DNA of 64,000 bases from Acidobacteriota bacterium (lineage in GTDB: Bacteria; Acidobacteriota; Vicinamibacteria; Vicinamibacterales; SCN-69-37): the NCBI GenBank assembly GCA_947467605.1, contig CANIII010000001.1, forward strand, positions 125,241 to 189,240, in the 5' to 3' direction. Position numbers and translations under genes: made by a program. The notes below the pieces were generated by a model that did no database searches, was not told where the DNA came from, and saw only the letters and a program-made list of their open reading frames with translations. Positions 51,951 to 61,324 of this stretch are shown here, one piece after another (the first letter of the stretch is position 1; every line of letters begins with the position of its first letter).

Positions 51951-54406
51951 GCCGTCGCGACTTCTTCCGGCAGCGGCGCGTCCATCACGAAATCACATTC
52001 TTCATTCGCGCAGATCAACTGGCGGCCGTGGCGCTTGGTGATCTTCTCGGTGAGGAACGGCCACTTGCACTTCGGGCACGGCTCCTCGATCGGCTTGTTC
52101 CACAGTGTGAAGTCGCACTTCGGATAGTTCACGCAGCCGTAGAACTCCTTGCCGCGTTTTGATTTCCGCTCGGCGACATCGCCGCCGTCCTTCGGACACT
52201 TGATGCCGGTGAGCTTCTGTTTCACGTAGCGGCAATCGGGGTAGCCGGTGCACGCCGTGAATTCGCCGTAGCGGCCCTGTTTGATCACCAGGTTCTTGCC
52301 ACAGGTCGGGCACGCCTCGTCGAGGATCTGGTCCGGCTTGGCGGCCGACACGCCGGTCTTCGACTGAATGATCTTCCGCGTGGTCTTGCACTCCGGATAT
52401 CCCGTGCACGCCAGGAACATCCCGAAGCGGCCGCGCTTGACGATCATCGGCTTGCCGCAGTTTTCGCACGCCTCGTCCAGTTCATCGGTTGACGGTTGGT
52501 TCGGCGTTTCGATTTCTCTGGTGTTGTCGCAGTCGGGATACCGGCTGCACGCGAGGAAGATGCCGAACTTGCCGGCCTTCTCGACCATCTCGCCCTGATT
52601 GCACTTGTCGCACGTGACGCCGGTCGGCTGTCCTTCCTTGAAGTTGGGCATCTCCTTCTCGGCGCGCTTCAGATCCTTCTTGAAATCCTTGTAGAAGGCC
52701 TTGAGGACATCTGCGTACTTGGCCTTGCCCTTTTCGATGTCGTCGAGTTCCTCTTCCATTTTCGCCGTGTACGCCACCTCGAGAATGTCGTCGAACGCCG
52801 GCGTCAGCAGTTTCTCAACAAGACGCCGGCCGAGAATCGTCGGCCAGAATCGGGCTTCGATCTTGTTGACGTAGTCGCGCGCCTGCAGCACCGAGATGAT
52901 CGACGCATACGTGCTCGGACGGCCGATGCCGTTCTCTTCGAGCGCCTTGACCAGCGATCCTTCGTTGTATCGCGCTGGCGGTTGCGTGAACTTCTGCTCA
53001 GGCTTGATCTCGCGCACGGCGAGCTTCTGGCCTTCCGCGAGCACGGGCAGCACGCCACTGCTCGTTTCATCGTCGGCATCCGCAGCCGGCGCCACCGACT
53101 GATTCACCGTCGGCTTCTCGGTCCGCTCGCTCTCCTCGGCTTCCGTCGTCGTGTTGTCGTAGACGGCGAGCCAGCCGGCGAACTTCGGCACCGACCCCTT
53201 CGCGCGGAAGATATAGTCCGCCGCGTTGATGTCCACCGTCGTGTCGTCGAACGTCGCCGGTGTCATCTGTGACGCGAGGAACCGATTCCAGATCAGTCGG
53301 TAGAGGTAGTACTGATCCTGCGTGAGGTGCGCGCGCACCGCATCGGGGCTGTACTTCATGAACGTCGGACGAATCGCTTCATGCGCGTCCTGCGCGCTCG
53401 TCTTCACTTTGAACTTGTTCGGCTCGGCCGGCACGAACGCCGCACCGTACTGATCGCCGATCAGTTCACGCACATCCGTCAGCGCCTGATCCGCCACGCG
53501 GACCGAGTCGGTTCGCATGTAGGTAATCAAACCCACCGCGGCTTCTTCACCCGGCAGCTCGATGCCCTCATACAACTGCTGCGCGATCATCATCGTCTTC
53601 TTGACCGGGAAGCGTGAGGCCTGCTGCAGTTTGCTCGTGATGAACGGCGGGGCGGACGTCTTCTTGCGTTCCTTCTGCGCGATCGACGAGATGACGAAGT
53701 CGGCGATGGCCAGATCGGCCAGCACCTTCTTGGCTTCGGCTTCGTTGGTGACCTTGATCGCATCTTTGCCCTTGCGGACCAGACGCGCGTCGAACTCGGG
53801 TGGCAGCGTGCCCGCCAAGCGTGCCGTCACATGCCAGTACTCTTCCGGCTTGAACGACTCAATCTCGCGTTCGCGGTCGCAAATGATCTTCAGCGCAACC
53901 GACTGCACACGGCCGGCACTCAGACCGCGCCGCACCTTGTCCCACAGAATCGGACTGATTTTGTAGCCGACGAGGCGATCGAGCACACGGCGCGCCTGTT
54001 GCGCATCGACCATGTTCATGTCGATGTCGCCCGGGTGCTTCATCGCTTCGAGAATGGCCTTCTTCGTGATTTCGTTGAACATCAGGCGGCGGATCTTGCG
54101 CTTCTTGCCGCCGAGTTCCTCGGCTAGATGCCAGCCGATCGCCTCGCCCTCACGGTCAGGGTCGGTCGCGACGAAGATGTCTTCCACGCCCTTGGCCGCC
54201 GCCTTTAACTCCTTGATGACCTTGGCCCGGTCCGGAATCACGACGTACTCGGGGGCGAAGTTGTCGTCCACATCGACGCCAAGCTTGCTCTTCGGCAAGT
54301 CGCGGACGTGGCCCATCGACGCGATGACCTTGAAGTCACGCCCCAAGTACTTGTTGATCGTTTTCGCTTTTGCTGGTGATTCGACGATCACCAATGCCTT
54401 TGCCAT
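51947..54406 (-). CDS. topA: DNA topoisomerase I with multiple C-terminal zinc-ribbon repeats
   Basis: The Toprim N-terminus is MAKALVIVESPAKAKTINKYLG. The active-site region is GLITYMRTDS. There are four to five CxxC...C..C zinc ribbons at the C-terminus. Confidence 0.95.
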   Translation of the reverse strand: MAKALVIVESPAKAKTINKYLGRDFKVIASMGHVRDLPKSKLGVDVDDNFAPEYVVIPDRAKVIKELKAAAKGVEDIFVATDPDREGEAIGWHLAEELGGKKRKIRRLMFNEITKKAILEAMKHPGDIDMNMVDAQQARRVLDRLVGYKISPILWDKVRRGLSAGRVQSVALKIICDREREIESFKPEEYWHVTARLAGTLPPEFDARLVRKGKDAIKVTNEAEAKKVLADLAIADFVISSIAQKERKKTSAPPFITSKLQQASRFPVKKTMMIAQQLYEGIELPGEEAAVGLITYMRTDSVRVADQALTDVRELIGDQYGAAFVPAEPNKFKVKTSAQDAHEAIRPTFMKYSPDAVRAHLTQDQYYLYRLIWNRFLASQMTPATFDDTTVDINAADYIFRAKGSVPKFAGWLAVYDNTTTEAEESERTEKPTVNQSVAPAADADDETSSGVLPVLAEGQKLAVREIKPEQKFTQPPARYNEGSLVKALEENGIGRPSTYASIISVLQARDYVNKIEARFWPTILGRRLVEKLLTPAFDDILEVAYTAKMEEELDDIEKGKAKYADVLKAFYKDFKKDLKRAEKEMPNFKEGQPTGVTCDKCNQGEMVEKAGKFGIFLACSRYPDCDNTREIETPNQPSTDELDEACENCGKPMIVKRGRFGMFLACTGYPECKTTRKIIQSKTGVSAAKPDQILDEACPTCGKNLVIKQGRYGEFTACTGYPDCRYVKQKLTGIKCPKDGGDVAERKSKRGKEFYGCVNYPKCDFTLWNKPIEEPCPKCKWPFLTEKITKRHGRQLICANEECDFVMDAPLPEEVATA

Positions 54407-54450
54407 AGTTGATGTGCCGTTCTTCTCTGCTTGACGTTCCTGTTTTTACG

Positions 54451-55566
54451 TTAGCACTGTCGTCCAGCCTGCCTGACCCAGCCGCCAGGCACCCGGATCA
54501 GGCGCCCGCGAATCTCAAGGGCGGCCAATTCTGCCAGCAATTGGCTGGGCGCCCAACCCATCAGGCCGGCCAGACTATCAGCATCGTATGTCTCGCCGAC
54601 AGCCATTCTGGACTCCAAATGTGAACCTAATGCATTTGTTTCCAATGGCTTACCGACTAAATTCGCCTGTTTCTGTTCCGTTTTCGCCCAGCCGAGCTCG
54701 TCGAGAACGTCACCAACAGTCTCGACCAGTCGGGCCCCATCCTTTATAAGGGCATGACAACCGCGGTTCCGTCCCGACAGCACATTCCCGGGTACAGCCA
54801 GCACGTCGCGGCCCTGCTCAAGGGCCATCCGGGCCGTGATCAGCGATCCGCTTCGGTCACTCGCTTCGATCACCACGACGGCTCTGGACAGACCCGAGAT
54901 GATGCGATTGCGCAGGGGAAAGTAGTGCGGTTGCGGCGTCGTGCCGGGCGGCAGTTCCGAGAGAACACCGCCCGAGGCCGCCACGCGAGCCGTGAGATCG
55001 CGATGCTCCGACGGATAGATGACATCAGCGCCACAACCGAGCACGCCCAGCGTCTTGCCGCCAACAGCCAGCGCGCCTTCATGGGACACGCCGTCGACAC
55101 CTCGTGCGAGACCACTCACGATCGTGAAGCCGGCCTCCGCCAGGCCCTCGGCCAGTTGGCGGCCAAGGGCGAGGCCGGTCGGCGTCGCGTGGCGCGAGCC
55201 CACAACGGCAATTGCCGGGGTCGTGAGGTCGGCCAAGGTGCCCTTGACCCAGAGGACGATCGGCGGGTCCACGATCTGTCTGAGCCAGGGTGGATACGCA
55301 GGATCGGAGATCGGGATCGCGATGAGGCCCGCCTTCGCCGCGCGTTGCAAGGCCTTGCCCGCCCAGTCGCGAGCCGCCGCGATGGCGGAGGGCTGCTCTG
55401 GTGGCGGGATGCCGAGTCGATCGGCGAGTTGACGGATCGTGTCGCCAGTCGCCTCAAACGGCAACGCGGGCGGCGAATCCATGATTTCTTTCAGCAGGCG
55501 GGCGGCGCGTGTCTCGCCCGATGCGGGCTGCAGACACGACAACGCGACAGCATCGATGATCATCAT
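54451..55566 (-). CDS. dprA: DNA-processing protein DprA (Smf)
   Basis: Track ORF (486 aa) trimmed to Met-116 (MMIIDAVALSCLQP). The Rossmann-like core is AIAVVGSRHATPTGL ... IVSGLARGVDG ... VVVIEASDRSGSLITA. The start is uncertain; Met-96 at 55626 is also possible. Confidence 0.85.
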   Translation of the reverse strand: MMIIDAVALSCLQPASGETRAARLLKEIMDSPPALPFEATGDTIRQLADRLGIPPPEQPSAIAAARDWAGKALQRAAKAGLIAIPISDPAYPPWLRQIVDPPIVLWVKGTLADLTTPAIAVVGSRHATPTGLALGRQLAEGLAEAGFTIVSGLARGVDGVSHEGALAVGGKTLGVLGCGADVIYPSEHRDLTARVAASGGVLSELPPGTTPQPHYFPLRNRIISGLSRAVVVIEASDRSGSLITARMALEQGRDVLAVPGNVLSGRNRGCHALIKDGARLVETVGDVLDELGWAKTEQKQANLVGKPLETNALGSHLESRMAVGETYDADSLAGLMGWAPSQLLAELAALEIRGRLIRVPGGWVRQAGRQC

Positions 55567-55771
55567 TTTCGAGAAGTCCCCTTTTGTTTCGCAGCGCGAA
55601 ACAGGGGACAGCAGTGCATCCGGCATGCCACCTCGAAACAGGCGTATTTGGCGGGGTTGCGGTGAAAACGTGGCAATAACTGCGATTTGCAGGCGGCAGA
55701 AGTCTTGCAAATACTGCGACTGTTCCCTCTTGCAGGGGCGGAGTACGGCGTTATAGTGAGGCTCAAAGCAT

Positions 55772-56125
55772 ATGCGCGAACGCATTCTGGGTATGAGCTT
55801 GTTGGCCGTTCTGGTCGCGGTTCCGGCGTATGCGGATCGCCGGTCAGATGCCAAAGAGCAGGTGGAATTCGGCATCTCGGTCGCCGAGAAGGGCCTGTGG
55901 AAGGAAGCCACGTTCCGTTGGGAGAAGGCGGTCGAACTTGATCCGACCTATGCCGCGGCGTGGAACGATCTCGGCATTGCCTACGAACAGCAGGGCAAGT
56001 TCGATGATGCACGGAAGGCGTACGACAAAGCGATCAAGCTCGATCCCGAGAACCAGATGATCCGGCAGAACTACGACCTCTTCAGGGAAATCTATGACCG
56101 TACGCAGCGTCGCCGCGATCGCTAG
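55772..56125 (+). CDS. Small exported tetratricopeptide-repeat protein
   Basis: It has a signal peptide (MSLLAVLVAVPAYA). TPR units are present: WEKAVELDPTYAAAWNDLGIAYEQQGKFDDARKAYDKAIKLDPEN. Confidence 0.65.
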   Translation: MRERILGMSLLAVLVAVPAYADRRSDAKEQVEFGISVAEKGLWKEATFRWEKAVELDPTYAAAWNDLGIAYEQQGKFDDARKAYDKAIKLDPENQMIRQNYDLFREIYDRTQRRRDR

Positions 56126-56894
56126 CCTCGCCCTCGCACTGGCCGTGTCACCGGCCTGCGTCAGCTTCTATGAAATCGGCATCGAGACGCCGATCCAGGC
56201 CAAGCTCGACACGTCGCCGTTCCAGCGCGTGTTGGTGCTCGGGTTCCTGTCTGGCGGCACGAAGGATGTCGACGTCAACAGCGAGACGGTGCGCCTGTTG
56301 CGCAGCCAACTGCGGACCAAGTCGAACCTGAAAGTGATCGACAGCGATGTGATCTCGCTCGTCGATGTCGTCGACAAGATGAAGGGCAACCTGGCGACGT
56401 CCGCCCCGGCAGCGACACCCGACCCGACCGCGAACACGGTGGCAGCCAAGGACAAGAACGACGCGAAGTCTGAAAAGGACCTGCAGCCCTACGAGCAAAT
56501 CTTCGCGGACGTGGCCTACTGGAAGAAGCTCGGCGAGGAGTATCAGAACCCGCTGATCGTGACCGGCGTCGTGTATTTCACCGACATCAACAAGAGCGGG
56601 ATTGTCGAAACGCCGAAAGAGATCATGAACAACCTCGGCCAGCGCCAGGTCGTCTCGGTGCGGCAGTGGCTCGACCGGAAGGGCTTTGCGATTGCGCCCA
56701 AGTTCATCTTCATCGATGGGCGGACCGGCACGCAGCTCTACACCGACTCCTACCGTGAGGAAACGCTCTACCAGGCGGCCCAGAACACGCCGGCCCTCTC
56801 GTCCTACTTCGAGCTGATGGACCGGCTGATCCCGGGGTTTCTGAACACCCTGAGCTCCCAGAAGATCAAGAGCACCCGAACCCTGATCAAGTAG
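56094..56894 (+). CDS. Lipoprotein (hypothetical), overlaps the TPR gene by 32 nt
   Basis: Lipobox-like LALAVSPAC. 266 aa with no recognised motif. Confidence 0.55.
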   Translation: MTVRSVAAIASLALALAVSPACVSFYEIGIETPIQAKLDTSPFQRVLVLGFLSGGTKDVDVNSETVRLLRSQLRTKSNLKVIDSDVISLVDVVDKMKGNLATSAPAATPDPTANTVAAKDKNDAKSEKDLQPYEQIFADVAYWKKLGEEYQNPLIVTGVVYFTDINKSGIVETPKEIMNNLGQRQVVSVRQWLDRKGFAIAPKFIFIDGRTGTQLYTDSYREETLYQAAQNTPALSSYFELMDRLIPGFLNTLSSQKIKSTRTLIK

Positions 56895-56906
56895 GGTCCG
56901 ACAGCT

Positions 56907-56974
56907 GCCGAAAGCCCCTGACGCGACGTGGTATCGGGGTCGACCCAACCACGTCGCGTCAAGGGACTTTCGGC
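56907..56974 (+). terminator. Very long hairpin (~24 bp stem, 17-nt loop containing GGGTCGACCC) between the lipoprotein gene and rplU
   Basis: Read directly from the sequence. GCCGAAAGCCCCTGACGCGACGTGG pairs with CCACGTCGCGTCAAGGGACTTTCGGC, with one bulge and one mismatch. It starts 12 nt after the upstream stop and has no U-tract. Confidence 0.5.
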
Positions 56975-57057
56975 TCAAAAGATGATAGCCTTTGAGGTTC
57001 TGGCCCTGTGCGGAGGTGTCTCCGTGCGGCGGCTGGGCATTTCAGGGAGATTTGAAG

Positions 57058-57372
57058 ATGTTCGCCATTGTTCAAGCCGGGGGCCGGCAGGAAAAGGTCG
57101 TTCCGGGCACCGTCGTGGTCGTTGATCGGCTCGAAGCGGAGCCGGGTGCGGCGTACACGTTCGACAAAGTGTTGCTCGTCGAGCAGGCTGACGGCGCGGT
57201 CATTCTCGGCGCCCCGTTTGTTGCCGGTGCGACCGTCGTGGGCGTGATCGAAGCGCAGACGCAGGCCAAGAAGATTCGCGTCTTCAAGACCAAGCGCCGC
57301 AAGCAGTACCGCAAGGTGCAAGGCCACCGCACGCAGCTCACGCGTGTCATGGTGACCAGCATCAATGCGTAA
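57058..57372 (+). CDS. rplU: 50S ribosomal protein L21
   Basis: Track ORF trimmed to MFAIVQAGGRQEKV (canonical L21 start), preceded by AGGGAG. Confidence 0.9.
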   Translation: MFAIVQAGGRQEKVVPGTVVVVDRLEAEPGAAYTFDKVLLVEQADGAVILGAPFVAGATVVGVIEAQTQAKKIRVFKTKRRKQYRKVQGHRTQLTRVMVTSINA

Positions 57373-57412
57373 CCGATAGCCCCATCATCAATCGCAGATA
57401 GCGAGATAAGAA

Positions 57413-57691
57413 ATGGCTCATAAAAAGGGACAAGGCGCTTCACGTAACGGGCGCGACAGTAACTCTCAGCGTCTTGGCGTCAAGGAACACGACGGCAAGA
57501 CCGTTCCGGGTGGCTCGATTCTTGTGCGCCAGCGCGGCCGCAAGTTCAGCCCGGGGCTCAACGTCGGTCTGAGCAAGGACGACTCGCTCTTCGCCAAGAT
57601 CACGGGAGTGGTGAAGTTCACCAATCACGGCGGTCACGGTCGCAAGATCAGCATCATCCCGGCCCCGGCTGCAACGACTGCAAAGAACTAA
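57413..57691 (+). CDS. rpmA: 50S ribosomal protein L27
   Basis: [24 protein letters not shown] is the canonical L27 N-terminus. Confidence 0.95.
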   Translation: MAHKKGQGASRNGRDSNSQRLGVKEHDGKTVPGGSILVRQRGRKFSPGLNVGLSKDDSLFAKITGVVKFTNHGGHGRKISIIPAPAATTAKN

Positions 57692-57694
57692 GCG

Positions 57695-58738
57695 TTGTTC
57701 GTAGATGAAGTCGACCTCCGTGTGTTCGCCGGCGACGGCGGCAACGGATGTATGGCTTTCCGTCGCGAGAAGTTCGTACCTCGCGGCGGCCCGAATGGCG
57801 GCAATGGCGGCGACGGTGGCTCCGTGTACCTCAGGGCCACGTTGCACCAGAACACGCTGGTCGCCTTCCGCTTCAACCCTGAATTCAAAGCCCAGCGTGG
57901 CGGGCACGGCCTCGGCTCCAACTGCACGGGCTATTCCGGCGAGGATCTCTACCTCGAAGTGCCGCCAGGCACCGTCGTCTACGAACAAACCGAAGACGGC
58001 ATGATCCCGCTCGCGGACCTCACCGATGTGGGCCAGACGGTGATGATCGCGCGCGGCGGACGAGGCGGACGCGGCAATGCCGCCTTCCTCACGAACGCCA
58101 ATCGCGCGCCGCGCCGTGCCGATCCTGGTGAAGCCGGCGAAGAGAAGTTCCTCAAGCTGCGGCTGAAGCTTGTTGCCGACGTCGGCCTCGTGGGCTTCCC
58201 GAACGCCGGCAAGTCCACGCTGATCTCGCGCATCTCTGCCGCGCGACCGAAGATCGCCAACTACCCGTTCACCACCCTCTCGCCCAACCTTGGCGTCGTC
58301 CACATGGGCGAGGACAACAGCTTTGTAGTGGCCGACGTGCCGGGTTTGATCGAAGGCGCACACGAAGGCCACGGACTCGGCATCAAGTTCCTCTCGCATC
58401 TGGAGCGAACCAAGGTGCTGGTGCATGTCATCGATGTCTCATCGGAATCCGGCCGCGACCCGGTCAGCGACTTCAAAATCATCTCGAAGGAACTCGAGAT
58501 GTTCGAAGGCGTCGGCGACGAACTCGCCGCCGCCCTTTCCACAAAGCGCCGCATCGCCGTGGCCAACAAGATCGATTCACTCGACGAGCCGGAACGACTG
58601 AAGAAACTCGCCCGGCATATGAAGAAGCTCAAGATTCCGCTCTTCGCGATCTCTGCCGTCACCGGCGAAGGTCTGCCGGCCCTGCTGGAAGCGATGTGGA
58701 CCGAGGTGAGTGCCGCTCGCGCGGACGACGCGACGTGA
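57695..58738 (+). CDS. obg: GTPase Obg/CgtA
   Basis: TTG start. The Obg fold is [27 protein letters not shown] motifs: [22 protein letters not shown]. Confidence 0.95.
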   Translation: MFVDEVDLRVFAGDGGNGCMAFRREKFVPRGGPNGGNGGDGGSVYLRATLHQNTLVAFRFNPEFKAQRGGHGLGSNCTGYSGEDLYLEVPPGTVVYEQTEDGMIPLADLTDVGQTVMIARGGRGGRGNAAFLTNANRAPRRADPGEAGEEKFLKLRLKLVADVGLVGFPNAGKSTLISRISAARPKIANYPFTTLSPNLGVVHMGEDNSFVVADVPGLIEGAHEGHGLGIKFLSHLERTKVLVHVIDVSSESGRDPVSDFKIISKELEMFEGVGDELAAALSTKRRIAVANKIDSLDEPERLKKLARHMKKLKIPLFAISAVTGEGLPALLEAMWTEVSAARADDAT

Positions 58739-59388
58739 TCGGCCTGCTCGGCGGCACGTTCGACCCGATTCACTGCGGGCACCTGGACGTCGCGCGTGCG
58801 GCACTCCAGGCGCTCCATCTCGATAAAGTCCTGCTCATCCCATCCCGCACGCCGCCGCATCGACACGCACCGCATGCCAAGGGACCCGACCGTTTGGCGA
58901 TGGTACGGCTGGCCATCGCACATGATCCGGCACTGGAGGCGTCGACGATCGAACTCGACGCCGCGGGCCCGTCCTACACATCCACGACGCTCGACCGGCT
59001 GGCCGCTGCCGGCATCGATCTGTCGACCGTGTGCTTTATCGCAGGCGCTGATGCGTTTGCACAGATTCCGACGTGGCATCAGTACCCGGACCTGCTCGGT
59101 CGTTGTCACTTCGCTGCGGTCTCGCGTCCGGGCTTGCCGGTCGAGCGACTTCGCACGCAGTTGCCGCGGCTGGCCGCGCGCATGATCAGCGTGGACGCAA
59201 ATCAGCCGTGGGCAATGCCGGCACAAGCGAGTATCTTCTTGATAGACGCGCCGACCGCGCCGGTCTCATCCACCGACGTTCGCGCGCACATTACCCGGGG
59301 AGCATCGGTGACAGGTTTCGTACCTGACGCCGTGGCGGCGTACATCGACGCTCATCGGCTGTATTTCACGGAGCCTCATGGCCACTGA
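58735..59388 (+). CDS. nadD: Nicotinate-nucleotide adenylyltransferase
   Basis: GTG start overlapping the obg stop (GTGA). [16 protein letters not shown] is the (H/T)xGH nucleotidyltransferase motif. Confidence 0.9.
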   Translation: MIGLLGGTFDPIHCGHLDVARAALQALHLDKVLLIPSRTPPHRHAPHAKGPDRLAMVRLAIAHDPALEASTIELDAAGPSYTSTTLDRLAAAGIDLSTVCFIAGADAFAQIPTWHQYPDLLGRCHFAAVSRPGLPVERLRTQLPRLAARMISVDANQPWAMPAQASIFLIDAPTAPVSSTDVRAHITRGASVTGFVPDAVAAYIDAHRLYFTEPHGH

Positions 59389-59944
59389 ACGTCGTCCCAA
59401 GGTCAAGCCGCGCGCTCGCGCGGCATCTGCTCGTCCCCGAACGAAGTCTGTCACTGCCCGTCGCACTCCGGCCGCCCGCAAGCCTGCCGGACGTGCGCCC
59501 GCTCGACGTGGGCCGGCCCGCAAGACCACGAAGCCGGCCGCCAAAGCGCGCGCCAATGCCAAGACCAAGTCCGTCACGCGGGCGAAGGCGACCAAGCGCG
59601 TCACGTTGCCGGCCGACGTCGCGCTGGCCGTCTCGGCCGCGCTCGACAAGAAGGCCGAACAGCTCCATGTGCTCGACCTGCGCAAGGGTGGCGCGTTCAC
59701 CGATTTCTTCATCATCGCGACCGGCAGCAACATCCGTCAGGTGCAGGCGATCGCGGACGGAATCGAAGAAACGCTCAAGAAGGCCGGTCAGCGTCCGGCC
59801 CTCGTCGAGGGCTACTCGCGCGCCGAGTGGATCCTGCTCGACTACTTCGACTTCATCGTGCACGTGTTCACGCCGAAAACGCGCGAGTTCTACGCGCTCG
59901 AGCGGCTGTGGGGCGACGCAGAGCGTGTCGAGATTTCTGCCTAG
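59378..59944 (+). CDS. rsfS: Ribosome silencing factor RsfS (Iojap-like) with ~75-aa Lys/Arg/Ala/Pro-rich N-terminal extension
   Basis: The C-terminal 110 aa (LDKKAEQLHVLDLRKGGAFTDFFIIATGSN ... WILLDYFDFIVHVF) are typical RsfS. The N-terminus is a basic low-complexity tail. Confidence 0.85.
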   Translation: MATERRPKVKPRARAASARPRTKSVTARRTPAARKPAGRAPARRGPARKTTKPAAKARANAKTKSVTRAKATKRVTLPADVALAVSAALDKKAEQLHVLDLRKGGAFTDFFIIATGSNIRQVQAIADGIEETLKKAGQRPALVEGYSRAEWILLDYFDFIVHVFTPKTREFYALERLWGDAERVEISA

Positions 59945-60039
59945 TTTCCCTGTCGGTCGCGTCGCAGATTTTGCGACTCGCTGACGAGCAACCCGCGTTT
60001 TCCCTCTAGTCGCCGCGTGGCAAGCCGCTTGCACTGCAA

Positions 60040-60816
60040 GTGGACATGCTCGCGGCGATTTCCAATTCCATTCTTCGTGCGCTCCTGGCACCAACGTGCG
60101 CGGCGTGCGACCGTCCACTCGACGCGCCGCTCAACGGCGCACTCTGCCTCACCTGCGTGAGAGGCGTCCCGTCGATTCCGCCGCCAATCTGTCCGCGCTG
60201 CGGCGACCACCACCCGCTGCTCGGTGTCGAAACGCTCTGCGGTCGATGTCGATCGGCTCCGCCCGCGTTCGACGTCGCCCGAAGCGCCGGCATCTACGAC
60301 GGGTCGCTGCGCGACATGATCCATGCCCTGAAATATCAGCGCCGACGCATGATCGGGCCGTGGCTGTCTGCCCGGATGAAGATCGATGGCGCCGACGTGC
60401 TTCACGGCGCCGATGCGGTGGTGCCGGTGCCGCTGCATCTGTTCAGACTCTGGCAGCGCGGCTTCAATCAGGCGGATGATCTGGCCGTCGGTTTGGGACT
60501 GCCCGTGTGGCGAGTCCTCCGACGTCAGCGGCGCGGGCCGCCGCAGGCAAGCCTGCTGGCATCGGAGCGCCTCGCCAACGCGCGCGGCGCGTATGCGCTG
60601 AGCCAGGGCACTCGGCTCAGGCCCGCACGCCTCAAGGGCGCGGTGGTCGTGCTGGTGGATGACGTGATGACCACGGGCGCCACGCTCGACGCGTGTGCTG
60701 CCGCGCTCCGCTCGGCTGAGGTGGCGAGCGTGCGGGTCCTTACCGCGGCGAGAGCCGTGGCAGCACGGCCGCTTCAACGGCCGCCGACACGGCATCTTTC
60801 GATTGTTCGCCGTTGA
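60040..60816 (+). CDS. comF: ComF-family phosphoribosyltransferase-like protein
   Basis: N-terminal double CxxC (CAACDRP ... CLTC ... CPRCG ... CGRC). The C-terminal PRTase motif is VVLVDDVMTTGATL. Its 3' end overlaps convergent tmk by 77 nt. Confidence 0.8.
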   Translation: MDMLAAISNSILRALLAPTCAACDRPLDAPLNGALCLTCVRGVPSIPPPICPRCGDHHPLLGVETLCGRCRSAPPAFDVARSAGIYDGSLRDMIHALKYQRRRMIGPWLSARMKIDGADVLHGADAVVPVPLHLFRLWQRGFNQADDLAVGLGLPVWRVLRRQRRGPPQASLLASERLANARGAYALSQGTRLRPARLKGAVVVLVDDVMTTGATLDACAAALRSAEVASVRVLTAARAVAARPLQRPPTRHLSIVRR

Positions 60817-61324
60817 TCAGAACCCAGTTGTCGGCCTGCGACTGGCGTCGATAGCTTTCGCGGACACGTGCGAGGAGCGCCAGGTCGCGTTCGTAACGAT
60901 CGCGACCGGTGCGCTTGCGTTCAGTGGCCGTCTCGGGCGCAATATCGAGCACGACCGTGAACGTCGGGGGCGGCAGGAACCGCTGGATGTCGCGGAGCCA
61001 CTGCGCATCCAGGCCTTGCGCTTCGCCGTACGCCACACTCGACGCGATATAGCGATCACAGACGACCACGGCGCCGCTTTCGATCCAGGCGTCGAGACGT
61101 GGTTTGAACTCCATGCGATTGGCCACATAGAGCAGTTGCATGACATCGGGCGCGAAGTCGCGCTCGCCACGCAACGCGGCAGCAATCTCGCGGCCGATCG
61201 GCGTTTCGTAGTCAGGAAACGACAGCGCGTGGACCTTGCGGCCCTCCTGCTCCACCTTGGCGCGCAGGTGTCGTGCCTGTGTCTCTTTTCCGCTCTGGTC
61301 CAGTCCTTCAAACGCGATCAGCAT
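60740..61324 (-). CDS. tmk: Thymidylate kinase
   Basis: Track ORF trimmed to MLIAFEGLDQSGKETQ (P-loop). A DRY motif (CDRYIASS) is present. The ATG overlaps the lysA stop by 1 nt. Confidence 0.9.
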   Translation of the reverse strand: MLIAFEGLDQSGKETQARHLRAKVEQEGRKVHALSFPDYETPIGREIAAALRGERDFAPDVMQLLYVANRMEFKPRLDAWIESGAVVVCDRYIASSVAYGEAQGLDAQWLRDIQRFLPPPTFTVVLDIAPETATERKRTGRDRYERDLALLARVRESYRRQSQADNWVLINGEQSKDAVSAAVEAAVLPRLSPR

